The notes under the pieces are model-generated. The model was given only the letters and a program-made list of their open reading frames with translations, was not told where the DNA came from and ran no database searches. Below are positions 36,419-46,676 of a stretch of DNA of 64,000 nucleotides, one piece after another (position 1 is the stretch's first letter; the number at the start of each line of letters is the position of its first letter). A program made the position numbers and the translations under genes. This DNA is from an uncultured Chloroflexia bacterium (GTDB taxonomy: Bacteria > Chloroflexota > Dehalococcoidia > DSTF01 > JALHUB01): NCBI GenBank assembly GCA_963726245.1, contig CAVSBT010000038.1, positions 1-64,000 on the forward strand, in the 5' to 3' direction.

Positions 36419-37201
36419 CTACCAGTCCTCCCCCTCTTCTTCCTCTTCGCCTTCTTCGGGGGCGGCGGCAACCGCCTCGACTACGCGGGGAAGGATGACG
36501 TCGCCGCGTTCCTCCTTGCGTCGCCGGCGCGGCGGCAATTCGTCGATAACCTTGCGGAGCGAGGCGAGGGCATCGAAGCCGGCCTTGCTGTCCGCTTCCA
36601 CCGCCACGGCGATGACGGCGGCCTCGCGCAGAACCTGTAGTTCCCCGCTGGTGACCTGGGGCGACACGGGTAGGATCAGGGGTTTGTGGGCGAGGCCCGT
36701 GATGCGCTGGAGCTCCATCTGCTGGCGGACCGTCAGGGGTCCCTTCCAGTGCCGGAGGAGGATGGCGTCCAGGGGCAGGGCCTCCAGGGTGCGAAGGTAG
36801 ATGTCAGGCAGGTCGCTCTCCAGGGAGAGGACGAGGCCCAGGTTCGACTCAAGGAGCGTCGTGGCCAGGGCCGTGTCCGCCTCAAAGGCGGCGTAGTCAA
36901 TGCCCAGCTCAGCCAGGTGCGCGGCGGTCTCGCCGTCCAACCGGCGCAGATAGAGGCCACCGCACGCGTCACCGAGAGCCTCGACTACCCCCTTCACCTC
37001 CCGGTCCTTGACCTCGGAAGCAGTGAGAAGACAGGTGTCGGCGCCGCGGGCGACGGCCTCCTTAGCGGCCTCGGGCGCGAGGGAGGGCAGGAAAGCAGCC
37101 AGCAGGAGGGTGGGGTTGGAGACCCGGGCGGCGGCGCCGAATCCCATAGGTGGTGAGTCGAAGCGCATGGCCCTGCGTATACGTTCAGCCAGTTTGCTCA
37201 T
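36419..37201 (-). CDS. Hypothetical alpha/beta (TIM-barrel-like) protein with acidic tail
   Basis: PMGFG N-terminal motif, alternating beta/alpha pattern, EEGEEEEEGEDW end. Confidence 0.7.
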   Translation of the reverse strand: MSKLAERIRRAMRFDSPPMGFGAAARVSNPTLLLAAFLPSLAPEAAKEAVARGADTCLLTASEVKDREVKGVVEALGDACGGLYLRRLDGETAAHLAELGIDYAAFEADTALATTLLESNLGLVLSLESDLPDIYLRTLEALPLDAILLRHWKGPLTVRQQMELQRITGLAHKPLILPVSPQVTSGELQVLREAAVIAVAVEADSKAGFDALASLRKVIDELPPRRRRKEERGDVILPRVVEAVAAAPEEGEEEEEGEDW

Positions 37202-37404
37202 GAAGAGGAGTCCTCCAAGGGGTGAGAATGGGGTCGCTCTCGATGATAGGTTGGCCCGATGGCGCTGTCAATTCGAAGGGGCGCCGGGTGCTGATCGCTC
37301 GAGGCGCAAAGCCGGCCCGGCGGACCTGGCCCTGGTTGCAGGGCCTCCCTGGGTTCGGTAACATAATACTTCCGAAATCGTGCTTGCCGGGGGAGTGCGG
37401 CGCA

Positions 37405-39329
37405 GTGGAGATAGAGGCGATCCTGCGACAGGTGAGCAAGCCCGCCCGGTACACGGGCGGCGAGTGGAACGCCGTCGTCAAGGACTGGGACGCCCAGGCG
37501 GTCCGCATGGCCCTGGCCTATCCCGACGTCTACGACATCGGCATGTCCAACCTGGGGCTCGCCATCCTCTACGACATCCTCAATCGCCAGCCCGACGTGG
37601 TGGCGGAGCGCGTCTACGCCCCCTGGCTCGACATGGAGGCGCAGATGCGGGCGGCCGGCATCCCGCTCTTCAGCCTGGAGACCCGCCACCCCCTGGCCCA
37701 GTTCGACGTCATCGGCTTCTCGCTGAGCTACGAGCTCACCTACACCAACGTCCTCAACATGCTGGACCTGGCCGGCCTCCCGGTCCTGGCCGGCGAACGC
37801 GACGAAAGCTCTCCCCTGGTGGTCGCCGGCGGCAGCGGCGCCCTCAATCCCGAGCCCCTGGCCGACTTCATCGACGTCTTCGCGCTGGGCGACGGCGAGG
37901 AGCTGGCGCTGGAACTGGTGGAGGCGCTCCTAGAGTGGAAGCGCCAGGGCGGAGGCCCGCGCAAGGAGCTGCTGCGGCGACTGGCCGGAATACCTGGCCT
38001 CTACGTGCCCGAGCTTCTATGAGGTCGCCTACAACGACGACGGCACGATTCAGGAGATCCGGCCCAGCGAACCCGACGCGCCGGCCCGGCCGCGCAAGCG
38101 CTTCCTCGCAATCGCTGCCGCCGGCCCCAACGCGGCCCATCGTCCCCTTTCTCCAGATCGTCCACGACCGCGCCGCCATCGAGATACAGCGCGGCTGCAC
38201 CCAGGGCTGCCGCTTCTGCCAGGCGGGCATGATCTACCGTCCGCGGCTGGAGCGCACGCCGGAGGAAGTGGTGGAGACGGCCCGCGAGCTGCTGGCCAGC
38301 ACCGGCTACGACGAGCTGTCCCTGGTCTCGCTGAGCAGCACCGACCACCCGCGCATCCTGCCCATGGTGCAGGCCCTGCGCCGCGAGTTCGGCGACCGCC
38401 TGAAGCTCTCCCTGCCCAGCCTGCGGGTCGACAGCTTCTCGGTGGAGGTCGCGGACGGCGTGTCGGGGCGCGGCAAGCACTCCATCACCTTCGCGCCCGA
38501 GGCCGGCAGCCAGCGACTGCGCAACGCCATCAACAAGCGGGTGACGGAGGAGGACGCGCTGCGGGCCGTCGAGGCCGCCTTCGCCCACGGCTGGACCAGC
38601 GTCAAGATGTACTTCATGTTGGGCCTGCCCACCGAGACCCTGGAGGACGTGCAGGGCATCGTGGAGCTGGCGCGGCAGGTGAAAGAGAGGGGCCGTCGCT
38701 ACCACGGCGGCAGAGCGCGGGTGCGGGTGAGCACCTCGAACTTCATTCCCAAGGCCCACACGCCCTTCCAGTGGGCGTGCCAGATGGCGGCGGAGGAGCT
38801 GCGACCCCGCCACGAGCTGCTGCGGAGCCAGCTCAAGCGCTTCGGCGTCGCCTTCTCGTGGGAGGAGCCGGAGCAGAGCGCGCTGGAGGCGATCCTCTCC
38901 GGCGGCGACCGTCGCCTCGGGCGGGCGATCCACCGCGCCTGGCAACTGGGCGCCAGGTTCGACGCCTGGAGCGAAGGCTATGACTGGTCGCGCTGGCAGC
39001 AGGCGCTGGAGGAGTCAGGCCTGAGCCCTGCCTTCTACGCCTACCGGGAGAGAGGCCTCTTCGAGGTGCTCCCCTGGTCCCACATCGACGTGGGCGTGAC
39101 GGACGCCTACCTGCGCGGCGAGTGGCTGAAGGCGCAGCGCGGGGAGACCACGAGCGACTGCGCCCCTGGGAAGGGGACCTGCAACGTCTGCGGCGTCCAG
39201 AACCTGGGAGCGGAGGCCTGCCTCGCCAGGATCGCCGAGCTCATCGAGATAAGTAGGGGCGCACGGCCGTGCGCCCCTACGTTGGCCTCCCGTGCCGTTG
39301 CCCGCGGGCCAGGCCGCGCCTTAGAATAG
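37405..39329 (+). CDS. TIGR03960-type B12-binding radical SAM protein (frameshifts near 38015 and 38105)
   Basis: KPARYTGGE, YPDVYDIGMSNLG, YELTYTN, EIQRGCTQGCRFCQAG, TFAPEAG, FIPKAHTPFQW. Confidence 0.9.
39253..39280. repeat. GTAG-type REP palindrome inside the radical SAM 3' end
   Basis: GTAGGGGCGCACGGCCGTGCGCCCCTAC, a perfect palindrome. Confidence 0.75.
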
Positions 39330-39398
39330 ATCATAGCTAAGGAATCCAGCGAAGGAGCGGGCGCCCGTACGGGCGCTTCGAGCACTTGAGGGGGAGAG

Positions 39399-40160
39399 AT
39401 GGAAAGAACGTCAAGCCTGGAGGGTCTCGCCGTGCCTGACACGAGCACCGAGGCGACCGAGGAACAAGAGCATGAGGTGAAGCGCGCCCTGGTCATCGCC
39501 GCGCACCCGGACGACGCCGAGTTCGGCTGCGGCGGCACCGCCGCCCTCTGGTCGCGCATCGGGTGGGAGTTCTACTACCTGGTCTGCACCAACGGCAGCA
39601 AGGGCAGCGCTGACCCGGCGATGACGCCGGAGCGCCTGACGGTCCTGCGCCGCGAAGAGCAGCGGGCGGCGGCCCGCAGGCTGGGCGTGAAGGACGTCTT
39701 CTTCCTCGACTACGTGGACGGCGAGCTGACGTACACGCGGAAGCTGCTGGGCGACGTCGTGCGCCACATCCGTCTCGTCCGACCCCACGCCGTCTTCACC
39801 AGCGACCCCGAGTCGATCATCGTCCGCGACAGCTTCATAAACCATTCCGACCACCGCTGCGCCGGGCTGGTGGCCATCGACGCCGTCTATCCCGCCGCCC
39901 GCGACCGCTGGAACTTCCCGGAGCACCTGGAGGAAGGCCTGGAGCCCCACAACGTCAAAGAGATCTACATCTGGAGCATGGACCAGGGCAACTTCAGTGT
40001 TGACATAACTGAGATTGTCGATCTGAAGATCCAGGCGCTTCTGGAGCACAAGAGCCAGTTCGGCGAGGGCACCGAGTTCCTCCAGTTCGTCAAGGAGCGC
40101 TGGCGGGACGAGTCCGGCCGCTACCTGGAGCGCTTCCGCCGCGTCGTGATGTTCCGGTAG
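39399..40160 (+). CDS. PIG-L family deacetylase
   Basis: AHPDDAEFGCGG, TNGSKG, RREEQRAAA, NHSDH, HKSQ. Confidence 0.9.
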   Translation: MERTSSLEGLAVPDTSTEATEEQEHEVKRALVIAAHPDDAEFGCGGTAALWSRIGWEFYYLVCTNGSKGSADPAMTPERLTVLRREEQRAAARRLGVKDVFFLDYVDGELTYTRKLLGDVVRHIRLVRPHAVFTSDPESIIVRDSFINHSDHRCAGLVAIDAVYPAARDRWNFPEHLEEGLEPHNVKEIYIWSMDQGNFSVDITEIVDLKIQALLEHKSQFGEGTEFLQFVKERWRDESGRYLERFRRVVMFR

Positions 40161-40169
40161 CGGCACACT

Positions 40170-40955
40170 ATGAAGTACGTCCGCTTTCGCCACAAGGGAC
40201 GCGAGTCCTACGGCCTGCTAGAGGGCGAATGCCGTCCTCCCCTTCGCGGGGGACCTCCTCGGGAAGCGACGGCTCATGGGCGTCAGGCTGCCCCTGGCGG
40301 AGGTGAGCTGCTGGCGCCCGTCCGGCCTTCGAAGATCATCGCCGTGGCCTTGAACTACATGGACCACCTGGCCACCGGCAGCGGGTTCATCTCGGGCAAG
40401 CGGGACAGGGAGCCGCCTCGCGCTCCGGAGCTGTTCCTGAAGGCCGCCTCGGCCGTCATCGGGCCGGAGGAGGCCATTGTCATCCCCGCCGGCGCCGGAC
40501 GCGTCGACGCCGAGGGCGAGCTGGTGGCCGTCATCGGCCGCCGGGTGCGCAACGTCCCGCCCGCGGAGGCGCTGGGCTGCGTCCTGGGCTACACCTGCGG
40601 CAACGACGTCAGCGCCCGCGAGTGGCAGAAGGGCGACATCCAGTGGTGGCGCGCCAAGTCCAGCGACACCTTCGCTCCCGTCGGGCCCTGCATCGTCGAT
40701 GAGCTGGACGCATCGAACCTGAAGCTCCAGACCCGCGTCAACGGCGAGGTGAAGCAGAGCGGCAACAGCGGCCTTCTGATCCACGACGTGGCCCACCTCA
40801 TCAGCTTCGCCAGCCGGGTGATGACCCTGGAGCCCGGCGACCTCGTCTTCAGCGGCACGCCCGGCACCGCCCCCGCGATAAGCCCCGGCGACGTGGTGGA
40901 GGTGGAGATCGAGGGCATCGGCGTGCTGCGGAACCCGGTGCGAACCGAGGAGTAG
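40170..40955 (+). CDS. Fumarylacetoacetate hydrolase family protein (compensating indels near 40230-40300)
   Basis: PSKIIAVALNY, EGEL, GYTCGNDVSAREWQ, AKSSDTF, TLEPGDLVFSGTPG. Confidence 0.9.
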   Translation: MKYVRFRHKGRESYGLLEGECRPPLRGGPPREATAHGRQAAPGGGELLAPVRPSKIIAVALNYMDHLATGSGFISGKRDREPPRAPELFLKAASAVIGPEEAIVIPAGAGRVDAEGELVAVIGRRVRNVPPAEALGCVLGYTCGNDVSAREWQKGDIQWWRAKSSDTFAPVGPCIVDELDASNLKLQTRVNGEVKQSGNSGLLIHDVAHLISFASRVMTLEPGDLVFSGTPGTAPAISPGDVVEVEIEGIGVLRNPVRTEE

Positions 40956-41168
40956 GGGGAACAGACCCTTCCCTTGGTCGCGGGCGTTAAGAAAGGGCCG
41001 CGCTGCCCCCAATTCGCAAGTAAATTGCTGGTGGGTTGAGGTGCGCTGGCCCTACACAGATAACGACGAGGCGAGGGAACCCGTTACAGCGCGGGAGCAC
41101 AACGGCCCGGCCATCTGTCGAGGGCTGGCTATCGCCACGATGCGGCGAAGAGGGGAGGCCTCGGGACC

Positions 41169-42782
41169 TTGCTCCGCGTAGCCCTTGTCCAGCTCCGCGC
41201 CTTTGACCTCGAGGAGGCGGACGAAGGCCTCCGCCACACCCTGGAGATGGTCGACCGGGCGGCGGCGGAGCGACCCAACCTCATCGTCCTGCCCGAGGTC
41301 ACCTACCCCGCCTACTTCCTGCGCTCGCGGGAGGAGTACCGCCGCGCCGAGCCTCTCGACGCCGGCGCGCTGCTCCGCACCTTCGGGGGCAAGGCCGCAC
41401 AGCACGGCGCCTACCTGGCGGTGGGCGTCGCCTTCCCCTCAGATGAGGGGGAGGTGACCAACTCCGCCCTTCTCTTCGCGCCCGACGGCAGCCTGGCCGG
41501 CCGCTACGACAAGAGCTTCCTCTGGCACTTCGACCGCCGCTGGTTCACGGGCGGCGCCCACTACCCGGTGTTCGAGACGCCGCTGGGGCGGCTGGGCCTC
41601 CTCATCTGCGCCGACGGCCGCCTGCCCGAGATAGCCCGCTGCCTGGCCCTGGGCGGTGCCCAGGTCATCGTCGACCCGACGGCCTGGGTGAGCTGGGGCC
41701 GCGCGCCCAGCGAGCTCTCCAACCCCCAAGCCGAGTACATGATGCCGGCCCGCGCCCTGGAGAACGGCGTCTGGGTGGTGGCGGCGGGCAAGGTGGGTGT
41801 CGAGGCGGGCAGCATCGTCTACTGCGGCCGCTCCTGCGTCATCGACCCGCAGGGGCGGATGCGTGCCTCGGCCGGAACGGAGGAGGAGACCGTCCTCGTC
41901 TTCGACCTGGACCCTGCGGAGGCGACGGGCCCGCCCTTCGCCCGCCGACCTGCCCTCTACTCAGCCCTGACCGCTCCCACCGAGGAGCTGCCGGCGGCCC
42001 GACTCCTGGACGAGCCGCTGTCCGTGGGACCCGGCAGCCGGCGCCTGGCGGTCCTCCAGGCGAGCCTGCCGCCGTCGGGCGGCGCCTTCCTCGAGGACGC
42101 CCGGCGCTGGGTGGAGACGCTGCGCCGCCAGGACGCCGACCTGCTCCTCTTCCCGGCGACGCCGGTCGGACGGCTGGACGCCTATCCGGCGGGGGACCTG
42201 CTGCCGCCGTTGCAGGCGCTGTCGGGCGAGTCCGGGGTCATGCTGGGCGTAACGCTGCTGGAAGAAGCCGGGGGAAGCCGCTACCGGACCTTCTACCTGC
42301 TGGACGGCGGCGAGGTGCTCCTGGCCCACCGGCAGACCCATCATGGCGTCTTGACCGCGTCGGCAGGCCTGACGCTCGGCGGCGAGCCCTGCCCGGTGGC
42401 GCCCACTCGGGTGGGCAACGTCGGCGTCATGCTGTGCGCCGAGGGCGTCGTGCCGGAGGTGGCGCGCTCGCTCATGCTGCGTGGCGCCGAGGTGCTGCTC
42501 TGGGCGGCAGACGCCCCTCCATTCGACATAATGCCCGTGGCGCGCTGCCGCGCCGACGAGAACCGCCTCTACGTGGCCGTCGCCACGCCCCCTACGGCCG
42601 AGGGCGGCGCCTGCGTGGTGGACCCGACAGGGCGGGTGGTGGCATCGGCGCTGGCCGGCGAGGAGATGGCCTGCTCGGCGCAGGTGAACCGGGCGCTCTC
42701 CCGTTGGAAGGACATGGCCCCGGCCACAAACGTCGTGCTGGGCCGCCGGCCCGAGACTTACGGCGCGCTGGTGAGCGAGTAG
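41169..42782 (+). CDS. Double-domain carbon-nitrogen hydrolase (nitrilase superfamily)
   Basis: Domain 1 triad LPE, YDK, ICADG; domain 2 FPA, HRQ, LCAEG. Confidence 0.87.
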   Translation: MLRVALVQLRAFDLEEADEGLRHTLEMVDRAAAERPNLIVLPEVTYPAYFLRSREEYRRAEPLDAGALLRTFGGKAAQHGAYLAVGVAFPSDEGEVTNSALLFAPDGSLAGRYDKSFLWHFDRRWFTGGAHYPVFETPLGRLGLLICADGRLPEIARCLALGGAQVIVDPTAWVSWGRAPSELSNPQAEYMMPARALENGVWVVAAGKVGVEAGSIVYCGRSCVIDPQGRMRASAGTEEETVLVFDLDPAEATGPPFARRPALYSALTAPTEELPAARLLDEPLSVGPGSRRLAVLQASLPPSGGAFLEDARRWVETLRRQDADLLLFPATPVGRLDAYPAGDLLPPLQALSGESGVMLGVTLLEEAGGSRYRTFYLLDGGEVLLAHRQTHHGVLTASAGLTLGGEPCPVAPTRVGNVGVMLCAEGVVPEVARSLMLRGAEVLLWAADAPPFDIMPVARCRADENRLYVAVATPPTAEGGACVVDPTGRVVASALAGEEMACSAQVNRALSRWKDMAPATNVVLGRRPETYGALVSE

Positions 42783-42789
42783 AGCAGGG

Positions 42790-43386
42790 CTAGTTCGCCA
42801 CTCGGGCGCGATACGCGGCTGCCAGGAGAGGAGCAGGCAGCCAGCCGCCGTACGATTCCATGACCTCCAGCACCCCGTTGACCTCGCTGTCGCGCAGCGG
42901 GGCGTGAATCACGAACTCGGCCGTCGACCGTGCCTCAATCTCGGACTCACTCCAGTACGGAAGGACCACGGCGATAGGCACAGCGGGCGCCTGGGCTCGC
43001 AGGCGGCGGGCCAGCACCAGGGCGCCCCCGCCCCGATCAGCCTCGACGATGAGAAGCTCCGATTCAGAGAGGGCGGCTTCGTCGGCTGAGGAGAGATCGT
43101 AACGGAGGCAGACAACGCGGCAGCCGTGGCGGGCGCATGCCCCTTCGATAAGGAGGCGGCTCTCGGGCCGGACCTCCGCCAGCGCAACCAGAGGCGCCGG
43201 TGGAGTCTCGTGGACCCTTCGCGAATCCGGAGGAACAGCTCGTTTCGTGGAGCGCCTGGGGTGACCTCTAACCGGCCTGGGCGGCGGCTCGTGGTGGCCG
43301 CACTTCAGGCATGCCAGCGCTATGTCGGCGTAATCGGCGTAGAGGTCGCCGCCACACTGAGGGCAAACCTTGTCGCCCCACCTCAT
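42790..43386 (-). CDS. Zn-ribbon plus degenerate receiver-like domain protein
   Basis: CPQCGGDL...CLKCG; C-terminal LLIVEA...ARRLRAQAPAVPIAVV...FVIHAP resembles a REC fold lacking the catalytic Asp/Lys. Confidence 0.6.
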   Translation of the reverse strand: MRWGDKVCPQCGGDLYADYADIALACLKCGHHEPPPRPVRGHPRRSTKRAVPPDSRRVHETPPAPLVALAEVRPESRLLIEGACARHGCRVVCLRYDLSSADEAALSESELLIVEADRGGGALVLARRLRAQAPAVPIAVVLPYWSESEIEARSTAEFVIHAPLRDSEVNGVLEVMESYGGWLPAPLLAAAYRARVAN

Positions 43387-43553
43387 CTCGGGATTCCTTT
43401 CCTGGATGGCGCGACTGATGGTTTACAGGGCCCAGTACCAGTTTTCAGTGACGGGCTACCGGCCCGGCGGCCACCCGCGCCGTTGCCGAGCCGGAAATCG
43501 CCGTTGACAACTGAAGTCTAGCACCGGCGTCAAGTCGCATACAACCAGTGTGT

Positions 43554-45584
43554 CTACGACTGGCTTAGCTGGCGCTCCACTATCTCTCTGATCTCCTCCA
43601 CTTTAAAGGGTTTGACCAGGCACGGATTGCTTATCCGCTGGAGGAACTGGCGCGTCGCCACGTTCACAGTGTCACCGGTGATGAATACCATGCGTTCCGC
43701 CTGCTCCCGGTCTATCTCCCGCACCCGGCGGTAGAACTCCTGGCCGCTCATCTCCGGCATCTTAATATCGGTGATGATGAGGTCATACTGGCGGTCAAAC
43801 ATGCGTTGGAGCGCCTCGGCGCCGCTGCCGGCGACATCCACCTGGTGCCCGTCCATGTTGAGCACGTCATGGAGGAGCGTCTGGATGCTGCTCTCGTCGT
43901 CAACCACCAGGATGCTGCGGGCGCCGACCTCGAAGCGCGCCTCCTCCTCCTTCTCTTCGACGGCGGGCTGCTGCTCCGGCCCCTGCACGATAGGCAGGTC
44001 GACGATGAAGGTGGCGCCCTTGCCGGCCCGGCTCTCGGCGCGGATGCGGCCCCCGTGGTCCTCGATGATGCCGTAGGCGATGGTGAGGCCCAAGCCGGTG
44101 CCCTCGCCGACCCTCTTGGTGGTGAAGAACGGATCAAACACGCGGCGGAGGTTCTCCGGAGGCAGGCCGGGGCCGTCGTCGGCGAAGGAGAGGCGGATGT
44201 AGCCCCCTGCTGCGCCGGAATGCACGATGAGGCGGCCCTGGCCGTTAGCCTCCAGCATGGCGTGCTCGGCGTTGGTGATGATATTGAAAAAGACCTGCTG
44301 GATCTGGTCGGGGTCGGCCATCGTGCGCGGCAACTGGGGGTCCAGCTCCAGTTCCAGGGTGATGTTCTTCAGGCGCAGGTCGTAGTTGCGCAGCTCCAGT
44401 ACCCTCTCCAGGAGCGTGTTCAGGTTCACCAGCTCCTTCTCGGCCTTGTGGCGTCGGGCGAACGACAGCAGGTTCTGCACGATCTTGGCCGCCCGCTCTG
44501 CCTCGCCCTGTATGGTCTCCAACTCGTGGCGGGAGCGTTCGTCCATCTCTCGCGTGAGGAGGAGCTGCGCGAATCCCATGATGCCGGTCAGCGGGTTGTT
44601 CAGCTCGTGCGCGACGCCGGAGACCAACTGGCCCACGCTGGCCATCTTCTCCGACTGCATCAGGCGCTCCTGGAGAAGCCGCTCTTCCGTCACCTCGCGC
44701 ATGACAACGACGACGCCGCGCTCGAAGCCGCCCAGGGGAAGCGCCTTCACCGAGAGGTGACGGCGCCGGCCGTCCTCCAGGGCGTAGTCTACCTGGCGGC
44801 GCTGTCCGGAGCTCCACACCTCTTCCACCAGCGAGGCGATCGGCGTCTCCTCCAGGGCAATCTCCTGATCCTCGGGACGGCGGCACAGCGCGGCCAGGAG
44901 GAGGCGGGCCGTCTCGTTCACAAGCGTATTGCCGCTATCCCGCACCAGCACGATGCCGTCGTCCAGGCTTGCGATGAGACCCCGCAGGCCGCCCTCGTCC
45001 GACGGGCGGACCTCCTCGACGCGCTCCAGCGCTGTCGACGCCAGGCTGGCCGCCGAGTAGAGGAGCCGCGTCTCGTCTGGAGCGAAGGCGCTGTCGCGCT
45101 CCGCCAGCACGCGGAGAAGCCCGACCGCCCGCCCCGAGACGATGAGAGGGGCGTCGGCGGCAATGCGTGGGGGCGCCGCTACGGGGGCTGCTCGTTCGCT
45201 ACCCCGCAGTTCCTCGAGCTGGAAGGGCGGACGCTGGCAGTCACGGTGGACGCCGCCGGAGAAGCGCAGGAAGGTGTCCATGAGGCCGGACGCCAGCCCG
45301 GAGGCCATCGCCTTCGGCAGAGGGGCAGCCGCATAGACCGTGGTCAGGTCGCGGCCATCGAGGCAGAGGACAGAGACAGCGACATCGAAGTGCAGATGAG
45401 GCTGGAGGGAGGTAAAGACACGGCGCAACACATCCTCAGGCGCCAGGCTGCGGGTCAGGCCTTGGATCAGGTCGTGAAGAGCGTTGACCTGGCTCCCTTG
45501 CTGTCCCGCCTCCCCTTCTGCCGCGGCCATGCCGGTGCCCGCGCCGTCGCCGCGCATCGCGCCCTCGGCCGCCGGTTGAGTCAT
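43554..45584 (-). CDS. Hybrid sensor histidine kinase (GAF-like, PAS-like, HisKA, HATPase, REC)
   Basis: GVAHELNNPL, QVFFNIITNA, DDGPG, FDPFFTTK, GTGLGL, receiver VVDDE...TDIKMP...KPF. Confidence 0.92.
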   Translation of the reverse strand: MTQPAAEGAMRGDGAGTGMAAAEGEAGQQGSQVNALHDLIQGLTRSLAPEDVLRRVFTSLQPHLHFDVAVSVLCLDGRDLTTVYAAAPLPKAMASGLASGLMDTFLRFSGGVHRDCQRPPFQLEELRGSERAAPVAAPPRIAADAPLIVSGRAVGLLRVLAERDSAFAPDETRLLYSAASLASTALERVEEVRPSDEGGLRGLIASLDDGIVLVRDSGNTLVNETARLLLAALCRRPEDQEIALEETPIASLVEEVWSSGQRRQVDYALEDGRRRHLSVKALPLGGFERGVVVVMREVTEERLLQERLMQSEKMASVGQLVSGVAHELNNPLTGIMGFAQLLLTREMDERSRHELETIQGEAERAAKIVQNLLSFARRHKAEKELVNLNTLLERVLELRNYDLRLKNITLELELDPQLPRTMADPDQIQQVFFNIITNAEHAMLEANGQGRLIVHSGAAGGYIRLSFADDGPGLPPENLRRVFDPFFTTKRVGEGTGLGLTIAYGIIEDHGGRIRAESRAGKGATFIVDLPIVQGPEQQPAVEEKEEEARFEVGARSILVVDDESSIQTLLHDVLNMDGHQVDVAGSGAEALQRMFDRQYDLIITDIKMPEMSGQEFYRRVREIDREQAERMVFITGDTVNVATRQFLQRISNPCLVKPFKVEEIREIVERQLSQS

Positions 45585-45724
45585 GGCAGGGCTCCTCAGC
45601 CACCTACGCAATTATGCACCAACACATTTGTTTGTCAAGGCAGGCGTTTGGGGGACCAAGACATCCTGTGCGCTCGGTGCGGGACGCTCGATCCATTAGA
45701 GTGGAGGCCGTGGTGGCCGTGATG

Positions 45725-45813
45725 AGGGGGCTATCCCCCCGAAAATGGGGCTTGCAGCGGGCTCATGCTAGGGGGATTCACCGATAGGTCTGTGGAGGTC
45801 AAAAGGCCGATAC
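45725..45813. promoter_or_regulatory. Phased GGGG-N-CCC palindromic boxes plus a GCCGATAC sigma-28-like -10 upstream of the sigma gene
   Basis: AGGGGGCTATCCCCCC (45725), TAGGGGGATTCACCGATA (45769), GCCGATAC (45806-45813). Confidence 0.5.
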
Positions 45814-45877
45814 TGAGCAAGACCACTCAGCCTGTGGCGGGCAAGACCACCCTCGGATTCGGATATCGAGGTGAAAC

Positions 45878-46666
45878 GTGTCCTCCTCCGAGCCTAGGGA
45901 GTCGGTTACCGGTCTGCGTCTCATCGTTCCACTGCCTTCAGAAGAGCGACACCTGGCCCAGGTCGTCCACGACTACATGCCTTTGGTGCGTCACGCCGTA
46001 AACCGTGTTGCGGTAGGCTCTTGCGGCGCCAGCATCCTCCAGTACGAAGACATGGTAAGTTGCGGTATTCAGGGGCTCATCGAAGCCTACCACTCGTTCG
46101 ACCCGAACAAGGGCGCCAAGTTCTCCACCTACGCCCTGCCTCGCATTCGAGGGGCCATCCTCGATGCGCTGCGCGCCGCCCATCCGCTGCCCCGCTCACT
46201 GCAGAAGTTCTCCTCGGATGCGGAGAAAGCCACCTCCGCCCTCCACGCGCGCTTGCGACGCGCCCCGAGCCACGAGGAGATAGCTCAGGAGATGGGTCTG
46301 ACCCAGAAGGACTATCTTACCTCTCTCAGTTCTGCCAGCGTACGCACCGTCTCACTGGAGAACCTGGCCGACACGGCCGTCGATGGCAACACAGAGAAGC
46401 TGTGGGAGATGGCCGATGACGACCCCACCGTGGACCCGGACGCGATGGTGGAGAAGACAGTCGTGAAGAGCAAGCTCCGGGAGGCCATGGAGGCGCTCCC
46501 CGATCGCGAGCGGAAGATCGTTCGCCTGTACTACCTGGAGTCCAAGTCTCTGAAGAGCATCGGCCAGAGTCTGGGCATCTCGGAGTCGAGGGCCTCGCAG
46601 CTCCGGCACCGGGCCATCCGGCGCCTGCGGACGGCCCTGATGAGGGAGCTGGAGGACGCCGCTTGA
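45878..46666 (+). CDS. FliA/WhiG family (sigma-28) RNA polymerase sigma factor
   Basis: YMPLV, GLIEAYHSFDPNKGAKFSTYALPRIRGAILDALR, LPRS, LYY..SLKSIG..LGISESRASQL. Confidence 0.92.
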   Translation: MSSSEPRESVTGLRLIVPLPSEERHLAQVVHDYMPLVRHAVNRVAVGSCGASILQYEDMVSCGIQGLIEAYHSFDPNKGAKFSTYALPRIRGAILDALRAAHPLPRSLQKFSSDAEKATSALHARLRRAPSHEEIAQEMGLTQKDYLTSLSSASVRTVSLENLADTAVDGNTEKLWEMADDDPTVDPDAMVEKTVVKSKLREAMEALPDRERKIVRLYYLESKSLKSIGQSLGISESRASQLRHRAIRRLRTALMRELEDAA

Positions 46667-46676
46667 GGCGTCATCG

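Noticed and set aside
43390-43550. Possible riboswitch upstream of the Zn-ribbon/REC gene
   Set aside because: Could not match c-di-GMP, ZTP, fluoride or ydaO consensus by eye; an Rfam scan is needed
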